Source of the DNA: the human T2T-CHM13v2.0 reference genome, Homo sapiens | Assembly: GCF_009914755.1 (NCBI RefSeq) | Contig: NC_060925.1 | Length of the DNA: 64,000 bases | Reading direction: 5' to 3' (one strand) | Shown: piece by piece, positions 19,807-35,380 of the stretch | How positions within the stretch are numbered: the stretch's first letter is position 1 | Layout of the letters: every line of letters begins with the position of its first letter | Notes under the pieces: model-generated | What the model saw: the letters and a program-made list of their open reading frames with translations, nothing else | Told to the model about the DNA's origin: nothing | Database searches by the model: none | Program-made: the position numbers and the translations under genes

Positions 19807-21692
19807 CTTTGTCACAAACTTTTAAGGACTTGTCACTACCTGCAGAGTAAATGTCAAATTCTTGTGTCTAGCATTGGTCCTAATTTAGAAGGAATCAGGG
19901 TGTGATATGGTGGGAATGGTAATAACACCTGCTTAGAACTTAAAAATCTAGGTTCTAGTCCTCTCTGGGGCCCAGTTTCCCCAACTATGAAATAAGAGGC
20001 TCAAACCAGATGCTCTCTAAGGTCTCTGCTAATGTTTCTAAGGTCTTTGACTTCTACCTTCTAATTTGAAGAGTCTGGTCTTTGCAGGTATGCCTGAGCT
20101 CATGCTGTTAGTTCTATCTGGAATGTACCTTTTGTTTCTCTTCCTCCGCATTCTTCAAGGCCCACTTTGACTTTTCCTGGTATTTGCCCATTTAAAAAAT
20201 GCTAAGCACTCTCACCTCAGGACTTGGAACCTGCTCTTCCTTGACCTAGATTACTCTCCCTCCAAAGGGCCATACAAATTGCTCTCTTAGTCCATTTGGT
20301 TCAATGTCTGCTAAAAGAAACTTTATATATTCCCTAAGCAAATTAATTCTTCCAACTTTCTCAGATTTGCCTCAAGATTTAGAACCATATATCACACCAT
20401 ATTCTTGTCCCAAAGCTCGAGAGTGAGGGGTGCTTCTGCTAGTCGCTAGTCTGCTCCAAAGCACACAGCCTTTGGAGTCAGGCTTGGGTTTAAATCTTGA
20501 CTCCACTATTCCCCAATAGTATGACACTGGACAAGTTTCTTAGTCTCTCTGAACCTCTCCTTCCACATTAGTAAAATAGGTATAATTAAAATTTTCTTGA
20601 CTGTTATAAAAACTACATTATATTAAATATACAAAGTGACTAACACATAATAGGGATTCAATAAATGTTAGTTTCTTGTCCCATTTTTTTTCACAGCCAC
20701 AAAATACTTATTTAATACTCTTTATTAGAGAAATAGCCGTTTCCTACTTTGGTGTCATTTTTAGGCCTGCTGGCAGGTAGGTCACAGTTCATTAAAACAT
20801 TTACACGTATATTCAAGATGACCTGTACCAGTTCTTTAAAAGAAGAGGTATGATGGGGGGTGGGAAACAGCTTCATAAGCTGTCAGTCTCCAGCCTTTGG
20901 TTCAAGAACAATTTAATAGTCCAACAGCTTTTAAAAATCTCTTTTATTTTAGCTCCCACAAACTTGTAAAAATCACGGTCTTTAGAGTAAATGACCAACA
21001 TACTTATTCTGAAGAAGTTACTAGCCAGGGGAATCATTAGAAGGAATCTTGGTACAGAAATCCTTGCCATAATTCTGGATTTCCATTTAGTTTGCAGAAT
21101 TTTGTGAATTCTGACAATATGTTATCAATTTGTCTCCTACACGGGCTTGTTTTAAAGAAAAATTCTTCTCCAGATTTATTTTACTACTCTATGCTGTATT
21201 TATTTAGCTAGACATTTACAGAAAATTGGTAAACTACTATATTAGTTGTTCTTTATAAGGTTAAGTTGCCACACAATGCTAAATATCTCCTGAGAAAAAA
21301 AAAACAAGTTGGGAGTTAAACCAGGATGACAACTGTACACTAAAACTGAGAACTTCTAGCAATGCCTAGCATTTTGTTTAGGATTTGGAGAATTTTACTA
21401 TTTCAAGATTTTTGTTTCTCAAGGATAGTTTACTACTATTCCTATTTTATAGTTTAGCAGAAATGTAAAAATTCCCTTCCTCTATCCTTCTGGCATGTAA
21501 GAAAAAGACACTAGCTGGCAAGCACTATTTTTATGTTGACAGCAGAGCTATTTTGAGTCATCTTAGTACTATCCAATGTTTACGCCAAGAAAAGAGGTTA
21601 GCATGACATTAGCAATTTAAAGAGTAAATGCTCAGTTTTTGGTCACTTAATAAGCATATTTCTTTTGAACAACAAAGCCTATCTTTTCATCA

Positions 21693-21842
<150 letters not shown>

Positions 21843-22295
21843 CTAGGACAGTAAATAATTAGGTGTTTCATCTGCGTTTTGTTCTAGCAGATACAACACT
21901 GTACAAAATACCACTCAAACTACACATAAATACACAAACACACACACCCTCCCCTACAACATACACAGCAAATGAATTAAGTTAGAAGTTTTGCAAACAT
22001 TAAGAAATAATCTAAACTTTCAAGACCAAATAAAGCAAACTTACAAAATTTTATACTTACTTGAAATAAATTCCTCAAGTGCTTAAGATCAGAGAAATAA
22101 AAATGACTACTGGCTGCCTCAAAATAGCAAGTAGAAAAGAGGTTATTTTGAACACATACACACACACACAAACACACACACAGCAATATCAAAACATCTC
22201 TCTGAAGCCATTCTCTTTCTAGAACTGAATCAAGACTGAGTATGTCTTGGGCTTTTCAGAAGCCTAGCACAGTGTCATTTAAGAAAGATGGATGA

Positions 22296-23103
<808 letters not shown>

Positions 23104-23568
23104 GATGGCCAGATTCAGACATGCAGACTCAGGCCTAGACCAATACCAACAGACAGCACTTCTCAGTGAAGTATTTCCGAAAACGTGTACATGAAGTAAA
23201 ATGAAGATTAAGATTACTATAACTACAGCTCCCAGAACACAATATGACTTACTGGGTTCTTAGCTACTAGGGAGCAACAAAGGATAACACACATCTTCAA
23301 ACACAGGGAGCCTATAAGAACTCTGAGTCCACCTTTGATTCACACACTTCTGGGACATTCAGCATGAAGCAGTCTCCTGAAAATGCAGGCCAGGGTTTGA
23401 GAGGTGGGAAGTGGGGACAGTGAGGGAGTGGTAAGGATGGGGGCATAACACTTGCCTAACTCCTGCGATTGAAAGATTACTGACTGATGAGAAAAGTCGA
23501 ACTGCCTTCTCAAAAGCAGCACTGAAAAACTGGAAATAAATACCCAACAATTGAAAACTAGCTGATTA

Positions 23569-23862
23569 GGCTGGGTGCAGTGGCTCATGCCTGTCATCTC
23601 AGCATTTGGGGAGGCCAAGACAGGCGGATCGCCTGAGGTCAGGAATTTGAGACCAGCCTGGCCAACATAGAGTAACCCCGTCTCTACTAAAAATACAAAA
23701 ATTAGCCTGGCGTGGTGGTGCACACCTGTAATCCCAGCTATTCAAGAGGCTGAGGCACAAGAATCACTTGAACCCAGGAGACACAGGCTGCAGTAAGCTG
23801 ATGTGCCACTGCACTCCAGGCTGGGCGACAGAGTGAGACTCCATCTCAAAAAAAAAAAAAAA
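23569..23862 (+). mobile_element. AluS
   Basis: Perfect 16-bp TSD GAAAACTAGCTGATTA. Confidence 0.95.
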
Positions 23863-25189
23863 CCCCGAAGGAAAACTAGCTGATTAGATGATTAGACTAT
23901 AACTAGCTATACAATGAAACATTACACAGCCACTAAAAATGTTTAATGATGCTGACTGACATTAAAAAGGTGTTCAAGAAATGGTACTAAGTGAAAAATA
24001 CAAGTTAGAAACTATATCATCCCTTTTTTGCTTAAAATTTTAACATACAGATAAGTGTGCACACACATACACATACAAAATAAAGGATATCCACCAAAAC
24101 AGTGCTTCTCACTCGATGATAGTATTAAGGGAGATTTATGTTTTCTTCCTCTTGCTTATCCATGTTTTCTACTACTTCTATCATAAACATGCATTATTTT
24201 ATGTAATATTTTAAAGTTAAAAAGTTTTAAATTCGATAGCCACATTCAGGTCTAAAATGCAGCACAAAATCTTTATGCCATATGACTCATACTCAATGGA
24301 CTATGATTGTAAGCAGCCTGATATTATCAGTAATAAAACTCCTGATTGGCTGCCCTGCCTATGGAGTAGCCATTCTTTTGTTTCTCTACTTCTAAAAACA
24401 AAAGAAAACAAGAAAACTCCGGATGTATTAAAAAGCACCTCAGCATGGCCGTACTGCCTTACTGCCTCTGGGATAAACCAAGTAACTGATTGCTTATGGT
24501 CACCACAAGCATCAGTGTAAAGGTGTGCCTCATGTGTACGGCAGCAAAAAAAAAAGCCATACTGGGACAACCTTTAAGAAGGGTGCCCAGTCAGCCAGAG
24601 ACATGAGTGTTATCCAGGAAGTAGAGGATATGCATGGAGGCACACATACACACAAATACACATCATCCAGTAACTGACAAACAGCAAAAACTTAAATGCC
24701 AAAACTTCTGTTTTTCTTTATACATTTTAATTGTTTTGAATGTCTTTCTCCCTGCCTTCTTAAAGTACACTGACTGAAACTAGATTTAGGGCATCATCAT
24801 AAACATGTATTATTACATCTTATGATACACTGTTACGCATCATAAATCTGTATTATTATGTTTATGTATTATGTTCTTATTCAGTGTTGCCCTTACGGCT
24901 GTTTAATAGACCCTGTATCTTTTTCTTCTTCTCCAGTATTTCTGTCTTTTACAATCTGACTGTTTCTCTTGTTAGCTGACCTTTTATACTGCTGGTAAAC
25001 CTCTCTGCCTCTAAATAGAATTCTACCTTCTAGTTTGTTGCTTATAAGATATGAGCTAGGAGAAGTAATCAATGAACTTAAAAGTTCTAGTATAAATAAG
25101 TCATAGTGATTTCTAAGTGAGAAACTGAAGGGCTCTCCTAGGAATAAAACACTCAGAAACTTTGATTTTTTTTCTAGATTCTAGGATAT

Positions 25190-25385
25190 ACTATAGATTG
25201 TACTAATATGGTAGCCACTAGCCACATGTAGCTATTTCAATTTAATTATAATCACATAAAACTACTGATTTCAGTTTCTCAGTTATTTTCAAGTGCTCAA
25301 GGGCCATGCATGGCTAATGACCAGTTAATGGAAAGCAGAAATATAAATTTCCAATGTCACAGAAAATTCTATTAACAGTGATGTT
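25190..25385. mobile_element. MER3-like hAT-Charlie MITE
   Basis: aatatggtagccactagccacatg ... cacagaaaattctatt motifs. Confidence 0.7.
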
Positions 25386-26757
25386 TTAGACAACTGAAGC
25401 TGCTGGACAAATAAAATGTCATTAATAGTATCTATTTTCCAAAGCAGCAAATGGGCTGAAGAAAAGAGTAAGATCAATCACTAACTGCTACCTTTTCTCT
25501 AGCTATTTTAAAAAGATAAAAATTCTTACTAGTAGCTTCCATTAAAATGTAACCATCATATAGATTCATCAAAGCAAATAAATGGAGGCCAAGACATGCA
25601 TATTTAAAGAAAATGGATTGGAAACAAATCAACACCGTCCTTGGTTCTTCAAGCCTATTCCAAAAACAAAAACAAAACAAAAAAAAATAAACTATCTGCA
25701 AAATAATGAAACCTACTGGGATAGACATTGAATCTACACTTCTTTTCTAGAGGAGCAGGCAAAGCCCCTGGCCAAGGCAAGATCAATTCAATACTAATAG
25801 TACTATCAAGCAGGTAGGACACTTGTATTTATTTATTATCTAAGCTCCCAAAAAGGAACTTAAGTAGTTTCAGAAACATTCTACACATAATAGAAAAGAC
25901 TAAAAACTAAGCAGTTAAAGTCATCTGACTAAAGAGAAAATATGGGTAGGAAAATAAGATAAAGTCATGGTCAGTTACAAGATGTAATTATGAGATAAAA
26001 ATGTACCAGCTGCTCAGGAAAAACTATGGTGACATCTAAGATAAGTATCTCATATGAGTCCTCATATAGGATACATTATGATATCAAGGACAATTCCTTC
26101 AATTAGCCACCCTAGGATATATAAAGTTGAGATCCATTTAGGTGTTTCTTACAGTAATGTAATCTCATAACGTAATGTTGCAAAAGCAATATGATTCAAA
26201 TACTCAGCTTTCTAATAATCTGGCTTGATCTAAAAATAATATATTTAAAGTATATAGTAAACAAATAAACAATATCTGGTAAAGCCAAGGCCAGGAAACA
26301 CTGTGTTGCCCCTAAGAGAGACAGAGATACTAATGCTCCCTAAAATTTCCCATTATTTATAGGGCAAATACATAAAGGCCATTTTTGTTTTGCAGCCCCT
26401 TCCAACATTCATTTCCCTTCAAGTCTGCCCAAAGGTTTCCAAGTAGTTCTCTTTCTGCCTCCCAGGTCCCTCGGAAAGTCCTCTAGAATACAGCCATGAA
26501 CATTTAAAGACACTGCAGTGAACACGCTTTACTTTCCCTACCCCACACGAAGTCAAAATTCACGCAATCCCAGAAAAGCCTGGAATAAAACCTAATTGCT
26601 AATTAATTAAAAAATAAAGTTTCTTATATGAACACTAAAGTACAGGAATTTTACCCTCAGAGAGCCACTATGTCTTTCTCATCCCCAGTAAGAACTTTCT
26701 TTATTCCCCACTTTTTCTCCTATGAATTGACATTCCAACATCAGTACACACCTGTTA

Positions 26758-26913
<156 letters not shown>

Positions 26914-28526
26914 TTAAAGAACATGCATTTAATTTTAAATAGATATAAGCTAAAATATTTACAAGAACATATTCTCATCTAGGGAAGTGAATATTAGGCA
27001 TTTTATCAGCTACTAGTATTTCTTGATTTCTGGTCATAGTTTGCAATTTCACCTCAATAAGGGATTCCTCAGAAATAAGAGGCACTAACATTTAAACACA
27101 TAATTAGCAACGGTCATTCATGTCATTTAATAGCACACCGCTCTGCATTCAAAGCCAGATGACAACAAGCACCAAATTACCATTAAGTACATCTGTGAAG
27201 CAGGCAGAAGCAGGCAGAGCTCAATTTCATACACAAGAAAACCAAAAGGATGAGGCCATTAACAAGTCATTTTCTGAAGGTCCACATGAAAGGTAGGACT
27301 ATCTTGCATAGGTAGTTGGGCCCCTGGGTGAAATTTCTGAAGTGTGGATCATGGTTAGTTCTGAGATCAAGCTAGAACAATGTCTAAGCACATAGCAGGA
27401 ACTCCAATACTTAAACAATAGCTCAATGAACCTGTGAAGTATAACTTGGGGGTTTAGGGAAACTGAAAATTTCTGGAACTTAGAGTACCAGGCACGAGAT
27501 AAGAATTTAGTAAATTAAACAGAATAAATGAAAATCTGAGAAAGGTATGCCTTCAGCATACTTCAGCACCCTAGCTAAAATAGTGGCTGCACAGACTCTG
27601 ATTTTGCAGAGATACTGTATAGGAGCCAAGACTTATCTAATGAGTTCTATGCCACTGCAATTTTAGGCAGGACTAACTTAATGCACACTCCCTACCCCAA
27701 GCAGTCTAACAACCTTCTGACTGACTTCAGAGGTCTGAGTTCCCTTCCTTTCAATCTTTTTCCAAGTCAAAGGGTCTAACCAGATAAGGCTGGTCCAGAC
27801 AGTAATCCTTTTCAGAAGTTTTTGTAGACACAAGAAAGCCCTGAGGAACCCCTGTTGTTTGGTACAATTTTGGGTCCCATCAGCTTCAAGGAAATGTTTC
27901 AAAGACTAGCAGGGCACCTCTAAAAAGAAAGGTAGGAGGCTAGCATAGAATTTTTCTCCAAGGGGGGAATATGACATAGAAGGAAAAGCAGTTAGCTATA
28001 TAGCCAATTTCTAGTAACCAATTACGCCACTCTCTTTTTTTTAGAATGAAATTTTACTTGGAGATTGGACTTGTAAAACAGGACTGGACTGATAATATTT
28101 TCTTCCACCTATACTACAGGAATGTGATGAAGGTAAATGAGTCAATTCAAGAAGTACACTGGAACTCCTGGATGGAAAACATATGTCTGGCAGAATGTGT
28201 GGCATTAGTAAATACATATATGCATGCCCTGGGCTGATTAAAATGTTGTAGAAGACTTCTAGCATCATTATAATTTTCTAGGTCTGTGGGTATACATTTT
28301 CCTCATGTATTTTAAAACTAAAACTTAAGAAAAATGGGAAAAGCTTTAATAACCTAATAGAATATCTAAGTTATGGCATTTGTGACATATCTTATGTGAG
28401 GCCAATTAAAGCAATGTTATTATTCATTATTCGAAAAGGCAAGCAAATGTTTCATAGTCATTTTCCTCACCTCACAGAAGAGGAGACATGCTTTTCTTTA
28501 GCAGCATGCAAAATTAAGGAACGCCA

Positions 28527-28836
<310 letters not shown>

Positions 28837-29295
28837 TTATAAAAACACACAGGCTCTGAAGAAAGCCACAGATTCAAATTTCAGCTCTGCCATTAGCTCT
28901 GTGACCTTAAGTAAGTTATTGAACTTAAGTTTTAGTTTCTTCAACTATAAAATAGGAAAATTATACCCATACCTCTCAGAGGTGTTGTGAAGAATACATA
29001 ATAAGATGTGTAAAATGCCAAACATATTGTGTGGCACATGCTATGTGCTCAGCACAACAACAGTAACAAATTCTAAATTACATCAATTTAAATTTTAACA
29101 ATCCCAAGAATCTTATTTTTGTCAACCTTTATCTTAATATAGCCAAAAAGATTTAACCTTTTCAAGAGTCTTCTAGATGCTTTTCAAAGATATAATTCTT
29201 ATTTAGGCAATAAAAAATTGTTATTGATAAGCAATCATTTATTATCAATAATTATTGACAATTTATAATGTGCTAGTCATAGGCCCACATCTTAC

Positions 29296-29364
29296 CTGGC
29301 AGCTACAAAGGCTCCAATAATCATTGCAAATACAGTCATTTTAATACCCCAAGAAAAAGTCTTC
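29296..29364 (-). CDS. SLC35D1: SLC35D1 exon 6 (69 nt; KTFSWGIKMTVFAMIIGAFVAA)
   Basis: ttttgtag acceptor, AG|GTAAG donor, in frame. Confidence 0.95.
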
Positions 29365-29945
29365 CTACAAAACAAAAAATTTTAAAATACACACATGACT
29401 TTATTCCCACACTCATTTTACAACAGAAGCAAAAAATGGGATATGCTTTCTCAAAAGCTATAAACAATCGTATTTTAAACATTTCTGAGAAACTGATATT
29501 TAAAAGAACCCCTTTGATAAAGCAAAAATTTATTGTTATATAAGTTATTACACCCACTTTTAAAATTTTCACCTATTGTCATTATTAGTGAGTTTGAATT
29601 TTTGTGAAGCAGAATTTCTTTAACAGAAAAATGTCACATTCATTTGGAGCTAGACATGAACACTATTTAAAACCTATACCTATGATTCTGATCCAGCTTC
29701 TCCCGGTGGCAGTAGTACAGAAATTCTAGAAAGTAAATCTCACGTTCAGATAAGATTTTCAACTCTAATTCATAACCTTCCCAACTACCACTCCCACAAA
29801 CTATCAATTCCAGCAGCCAAGAGAGAGGGTTGCTTAAACTTCTCAAAAGGTAAGGTAGGAACAAGACAAATAATTTAATATCTCACATATGCTGGGCACC
29901 TTTTCAAGGTGATTTAAAGAACAGATATATTAGAAACTTAGCTCA

Positions 29946-30053
<108 letters not shown>

Positions 30054-31525
30054 TTAACAATTTGTTTTAAACTAAGATTTTCCAAATTGGTAGTTAAAAT
30101 AATGCTATTCTTCCATTATGGAAATTCCATACAAATTAATTTATGGATAAACCCCTGCTTCTCTCTAGAAGCAATTCCTACTTGAAAGCCTACAACAGTT
30201 GCTTTTAAAAAACTACTAGAAGTGAGAAACATTAAATTAACTACAAAACTTTATTCTAATTATGCAAAACCCTAAGCTGTAAATATGTCAGTTTTTAATA
30301 GAAAAAGGCTTCCTTCTCATTTTTTCACTAGTCTGACCTCCCTTCCCACCCCCTAGACCACCCAAAAACCATCTATGAAAATCTTACCCCATGAAATGCC
30401 TTGACTGTCCTTTTGTGGATGTAATTTTGTCTTCATCTAAATTCCCAGAGCATTTTGCTTGTACTAATCAAACATACAGCCTCTTGCAATATAGTTATTT
30501 CTGAATATATCTTATCTCACTCCAAAGTGCCTTATACTTAGCTGGCAATCAAAGATAGGTGTGAATGAATGGTTGGATGAGATGGATGAAAAAAAGCAAA
30601 CTCTACACAAGCAGCACTTTGCAGAAGGCCTGCATTTCTTTCCTGGTGGGTAATGAAATGGAAAAAAATGTCCCACCCATGATAAATCTGACTTCCTTGG
30701 AACCCTCTTCAGAGATATCATCTCGGTCATTCTGTCAGGTTTCTCGGGTTTTAAAGGAAGAAATGAAAAACACCTTGTCCTTGATGCTCAAAAATCTCTC
30801 CATTCTATTTTACAATGCCAGGGTTTTAGCTTGTGTGGTAGTGGTGAAGCCATGGGGTTTCTGTTAAATGTTTTCTCTATTTGTGTCATTTTAATACCAC
30901 ACACAACCGATATGTACACTACAATAAGAGCAGAAGCCAGAAACCGGGAGGTTAGAGGGAAAGACAGTGTTACCATGGAGAGGAGAGCTATTGCTTCTTT
31001 CTGAAAATAAGTATGTTGCCTCTACAGTTACATGCCATGTGTAAGATATTAATAATATTTTTATCAGGGTTCTAGCTGATGTTACCTTACTTCACATTAA
31101 AAGAAAAACTGCAAAAGTTCTTGTGCCTACCCTCTAATTTTGCTGTGTGGAAGTTGCCTAAAATATTTATGAACTATACTAAAGAACTGAAATCCCAGAA
31201 GCCTAGTATATATCTTCACTATTGTGGCTCTAGAAAAATAATAAAAATTTCCTATCATAGCATTTTATAACATTTTAAGACTTCTAACATCAAAATGAGG
31301 GGTAAAAAAACAAAAACAAAAAACTCCTCTTTCTCTTCAAAGAAAAGAGCATAAACTATAAACTAAAACCTTTGGCACCACTTTCATTATTTAGTAGTAA
31401 TAGAAGCTTTCTGGTCCTTTCATTTTTTTCCAGAATCAATAACAATGTGTTAAATATTTGACATTCAAGTACAATTTTAAGAATACATTATATTAACCTC
31501 ACTAGTAAAATAAAGTTATCCATAC

Positions 31526-31593
31526 TTCAGTTTCTTTGTGCTGAACAGTCCCGTGATTTGGTTCCCAAAATATAGTAGAGGTAGTGGAAACGT
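31526..31593 (-). CDS. SLC35D1: SLC35D1 exon 4 (68 nt; TFPLPLLYFGNQITGLFSTKKL)
   Basis: ttttctag acceptor, GTATG donor, in frame. Confidence 0.95.
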
Positions 31594-32284
31594 CTAGAAA
31601 ATTTAAAAAGGGATAACAAAACTCAATAATAAAGATAGCTAAAACAAGGTCCTTTCAAACAGAAACAATTTTGTTTATATGATCAAAATTTTTTCCACTT
31701 AAAACGTAAAATTAGTTATCATACACAATTTTGACACCCAAACACCCAAACAAAACTTATGCTTGGATAAACAACATTACTATAGCAGAAAGAAAGGGAG
31801 GAAGGCAGGGAGAAAAGACAGAAATATGAATATGATCAATGTGAGACAGAAACATCATTTGCTGTAAAATATGATAATGTATTAGAGCCCATGGCTCTAT
31901 TGTCAGCAGAAAAAGTAAAGGCATTTCATCTTCGTTTGGAGTCAAGCAGAGGCAGACAGTATAAAATAAGCCCAAAGAATAATGAATGCAGGATACACTG
32001 GCTAGATTAGATGGATAGAGAAACTGCAAAACTATTGTACTCTCAACAAGTGTGCATTAATTAAAAACAGAAGAATATTCCTAGGTTATTTTTTCTCTTA
32101 AGTTTAAAGAGACTGTAGGCCTTCTTTGACACATATTACTACTTTTATTCTTTACATTCATTATAACCACTCTAGACTGGGCAATTTTGAGGCTGCAATT
32201 TTTAAATACGCAAGGCACTGATAAAATATGTTAATACATACTGACTTCATTTCACAAAATAAAGTATCGCTTTTCTTCTTTTAC

Positions 32285-32371
32285 CTTTCGAGGTACATTT
32301 CTGTCAAGGTCAGGAAACTTGACTACTCTGAGCGCCTTTCCCACCCAGAGAACTGCCACTGTGGCCACCAT
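32285..32371 (-). CDS. SLC35D1: SLC35D1 exon 3 (87 nt; [29 protein letters not shown])
   Basis: tttacag acceptor, AAG|GTAA donor, in frame; preceding intron only 98 nt. Confidence 0.95.
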
Positions 32372-32469
32372 CTGTAAACAAGAGAACACAGATTCACTGT
32401 TCTACACATAAAGACACACACAGAAGTTCTAACAACATAAACCACGTAATGGTGAGGATTCCAACTAAC

Positions 32470-32503
32470 CTGGCCAAGTCCAACACATAGTGAGGAGGGA
32501 AAT
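32470..32503 (-). CDS. SLC35D1: SLC35D1 exon 2 (34 nt; FPSSLCVGLGQ)
   Basis: tttttgtag acceptor, CAG|GTTAGT donor; continues frame from exon 1. Confidence 0.95.
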
Positions 32504-32879
32504 CTACAAAAAGGGCAAAGAAAAAAACAAGATCAGAACAAACCTAACTTAGCTCCGTGAATTCAATTTGCACATCGGCAACGTTAATAAGGCATTCCGA
32601 TACAAGCCACATCAACGTCCGCCCCTAAATCAAACAAAAATCTTGGGAGAAAACTCTCTGCCTGTTGGTTGTCAGTCCACCCCGCTGATGTAGCCTCGGG
32701 CGGCCGCTTGTCCCATCTTGTCCGAGTCTACAGTTTCAGTCCGCTGCCTGCAAAGGATTTCTCAAGGCAGTGCAGATACAGATCTCTGCAACGATTTCAC
32801 ACACCTTAAAAAAAAAAACAACCAACTTCTGCCTCTGGGTCCCAGTGTTAGCAAGGGAATAATTGTCTGCTGGGTTGAG

Positions 32880-34030
32880 GATGCGTACGTCCCCAGAGGC
32901 TGTCAGCGGGTGCAGGGGACACTGAAGCCCCGGCCCCCTGTCCAGGCTGCGGAGGAGGGAGGCTTCCCTCGCTCTCCTCCCTGATCGACAGGCATAACGG
33001 CTCAAAAGTCACCAAGCAAATCACTTTGCTCCATCTCTCTGAAGGGCAGGGTTTTCGGGGCGGTGCGCCCAGGGCATGGCAGGCGAGCCCCAAATGTGCC
33101 GGGCCGGCCGGAGCTCCGCGCAGGGAGCGGACCCCTGCCACAGGCCCGCTCGCCAGGCCGGCTCCGCTGCCCGGGCCGCGCGCGTCAGCCGCCCGCCCTC
33201 CCCAGCTCCCGCCCAACTTTGTTCGGCTTTAACTTTGGCAGTCAAAGTCCAGGGAGCCGGCGCCGCGCCGCCGCCGCCGCCCGCTCCTCCTCCGCGGCCT
33301 GGGCCGCCGCCGCCTCGGCCCTACCTGTAATTGGTGAGCACGCTCTTATTCACCACCACGATCAGGAAGGAGCTCACGCCGTAAAAGCCGGCGGCCAGCA
33401 GCTTCAGAAACACGGTCAGCGTTTCGGCCGACGCCATCCCCAGCTCCTCCTCATCTCGGAGTGTGGAGGATTTCGCGGGGGCTTCTCCTTTAACCCGAGC
33501 ATGCTGACGTCTATGAACTTCCGCCATGGCTGCCGCAGCAGCGGTGGCCTGGCGGCGGGGCCTAGCGGCTCGGGGGCCTGCAGCGGCAGCTCCCAGGGGA
33601 CTCCAGGAGTTGGGGACCGCAGACTAGGCCAGCTGCGCGCTCGCCGCCTCGACTCCCCGCTTGGCCGCCGCCTGTCCCCGCCCAGGGGCAGGGACGCCGG
33701 GGTTCACACCCCTGGAGACTTTGCTCGGGCATTGTGCAACGCGGGGTCAGAGAGTAGGGCCGCGCCGGGCTTAGCCTGGGCAGGGGTTGGAGAGAGCCTG
33801 GAGAAGGGGCAGTGGCGACCCCCCTGCCCGAGGCGGATAAGGAGAAGCCAGGGGAACTACATCGAGACACCAGAGCGCCGGGCGACAAACCACAGACTCC
33901 GGGTGACAGTCGCTCTGCGCCTGCGCACGAGCACGCGCTGGGTCTCTCCGCGGGGCGCGTACCTGGGGCGGGGGGAGTCTGGTGGCAGAGGGGCTGGAAG
34001 GCCGTATTCTCCGGATAACTGCCGCAACTA
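32880..34030 (-). promoter_or_regulatory. CpG-island promoter of SLC35D1 with NRF1-like site (TGCGCCTGCGCA 33916-33927) and GC boxes (33965-33973, 33676-33683)
   Basis: Very high GC/CpG density spanning exon 1; motifs read directly; no TATA box evident. Confidence 0.85.
33325..33527 (-). CDS. SLC35D1: SLC35D1 coding exon 1 (203 nt; MAEVHRRQHARVKGE...VVVNKSVLTNYR)
   Basis: ORF 33321..33527 matches the recalled SLC35D1 N-terminus; GCCATGG Kozak; donor AG|GTAG at 33324. Confidence 0.97.
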
Positions 34031-34694
34031 AGTGCAGACCCTCCTCCCCTCTGTTACAGGTGGCCGGCCAAGTAGTTACAGTACACTGCGTCTAGACTAA
34101 TTCTGAATGCTCTTTTAGTCTCTCTTGCAGGGGGTAAAAACCCTTCAAAAGTATCAGATGTGGATCAACAGTAAACACTCAACGAAAATTTCATTCCGCA
34201 ATGCCTCAGGCTTCTTACATTTTCTGAACCCAGAAAACACCAAACAATACTTTTCAGATTGAGAAGTTTCGTTTGTTTGTTTTAAGAAAAATGTTGACAT
34301 ATCCCAAAAAGTAGCAAGATAAGCAGCTTGGGGATTGGGGAAAGCACAAGGTGTTTGGAGCCTAAAAGACTTGATTTCCAATTGTAGGATTCCTAGAAAT
34401 GACGACCCCCCCCCCCCCCAACACACTCACTCCTTATTGTGTGTCTTGGACCAATTAGATGACCTCCCTGAACCTGATCTCTGTGGATGTGTAGCTAGCA
34501 AAGAGCTAGTTTTCGGTAAATGGTAGTCATTATTGTATAACAGAAGCAAATCATTATGATCGGTTTAAGCAAAGAAATTACGTATTGAACTTTAATAGAT
34601 TAGGAAAGAAGAACTTTGAATTATTTTTCTAAGTGCTTGGTCTGTATCTTTTTAAATTTCTTTTTTTTTTTTTCTTATTTTTATATTTTGGTAA

Positions 34695-35380
34695 ACCAGG
34701 TATAGTGGTTCACACCTGTAATACCAGCACTTTGGGAGCAGGTGGAATGCCTGAGCCCGGGAGTTTGAGACCATGCTGGGCAACAAAGTGAGACCCTCTC
34801 TCTACAAGAAAATAAAAAAATTAGCCAGATGTGGTGGCGCACGCCTGTGGTCCCAGCTACTCAGGAGGCTGAGGTGGGAGGATGGCTTGAGCCCAGGAGG
34901 TCAAGGCTGCAATGAGCTATGATCATACTACTGCACTCCAGCCTGGGCAACAGCACAAGACCATCTTAAAGAAAGAAATAAATTGTGGCAAAATATACAA
35001 AGTATAAAATTTATCATTTTAACCCTTTTTGAGTATGCAATTGCATGGCATTAACTGCATTCACATCGTTTTGCAGCCATCATCACTAATCCATCTTTAG
35101 AACTTTTTCACCATCCCAAAGTGAAACTCTTTCCCCTTTAAACAATCACTCCCTGTTTCCCTACTTCCTTCCCTCTCTGCTGTTAACCAGTGTTCTACTT
35201 TCTGTCTCTGTGAATTTGACTACTCTAGGTACCTCATATAAGTGGAATCATGTAGTATTTGTCCTTTCGTGATGAACTTACTTCATTAACGTAATGTCTT
35301 CAAGGTTCAGCCACGTTGTAGCATATGTTAGAATGTCCTCCCTTTTTAAGGCTGAATAATATTAAATTATATGTGTATAA
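34695..35380. mobile_element. AluJ-like (+, ~34695-34980) followed by an L1M 3'UTR fragment (-)
   Basis: Consensus motifs. Confidence 0.8.

Noticed and set aside
33063-34031. 322-aa plus-strand ORF antisense to SLC35D1 exon 1 and promoter, and neighbouring GC-rich ORFs
   Set aside because: Non-ATG start, R/G/P/A low-complexity composition, and stop codons are scarce in CpG islands; no recognisable domain
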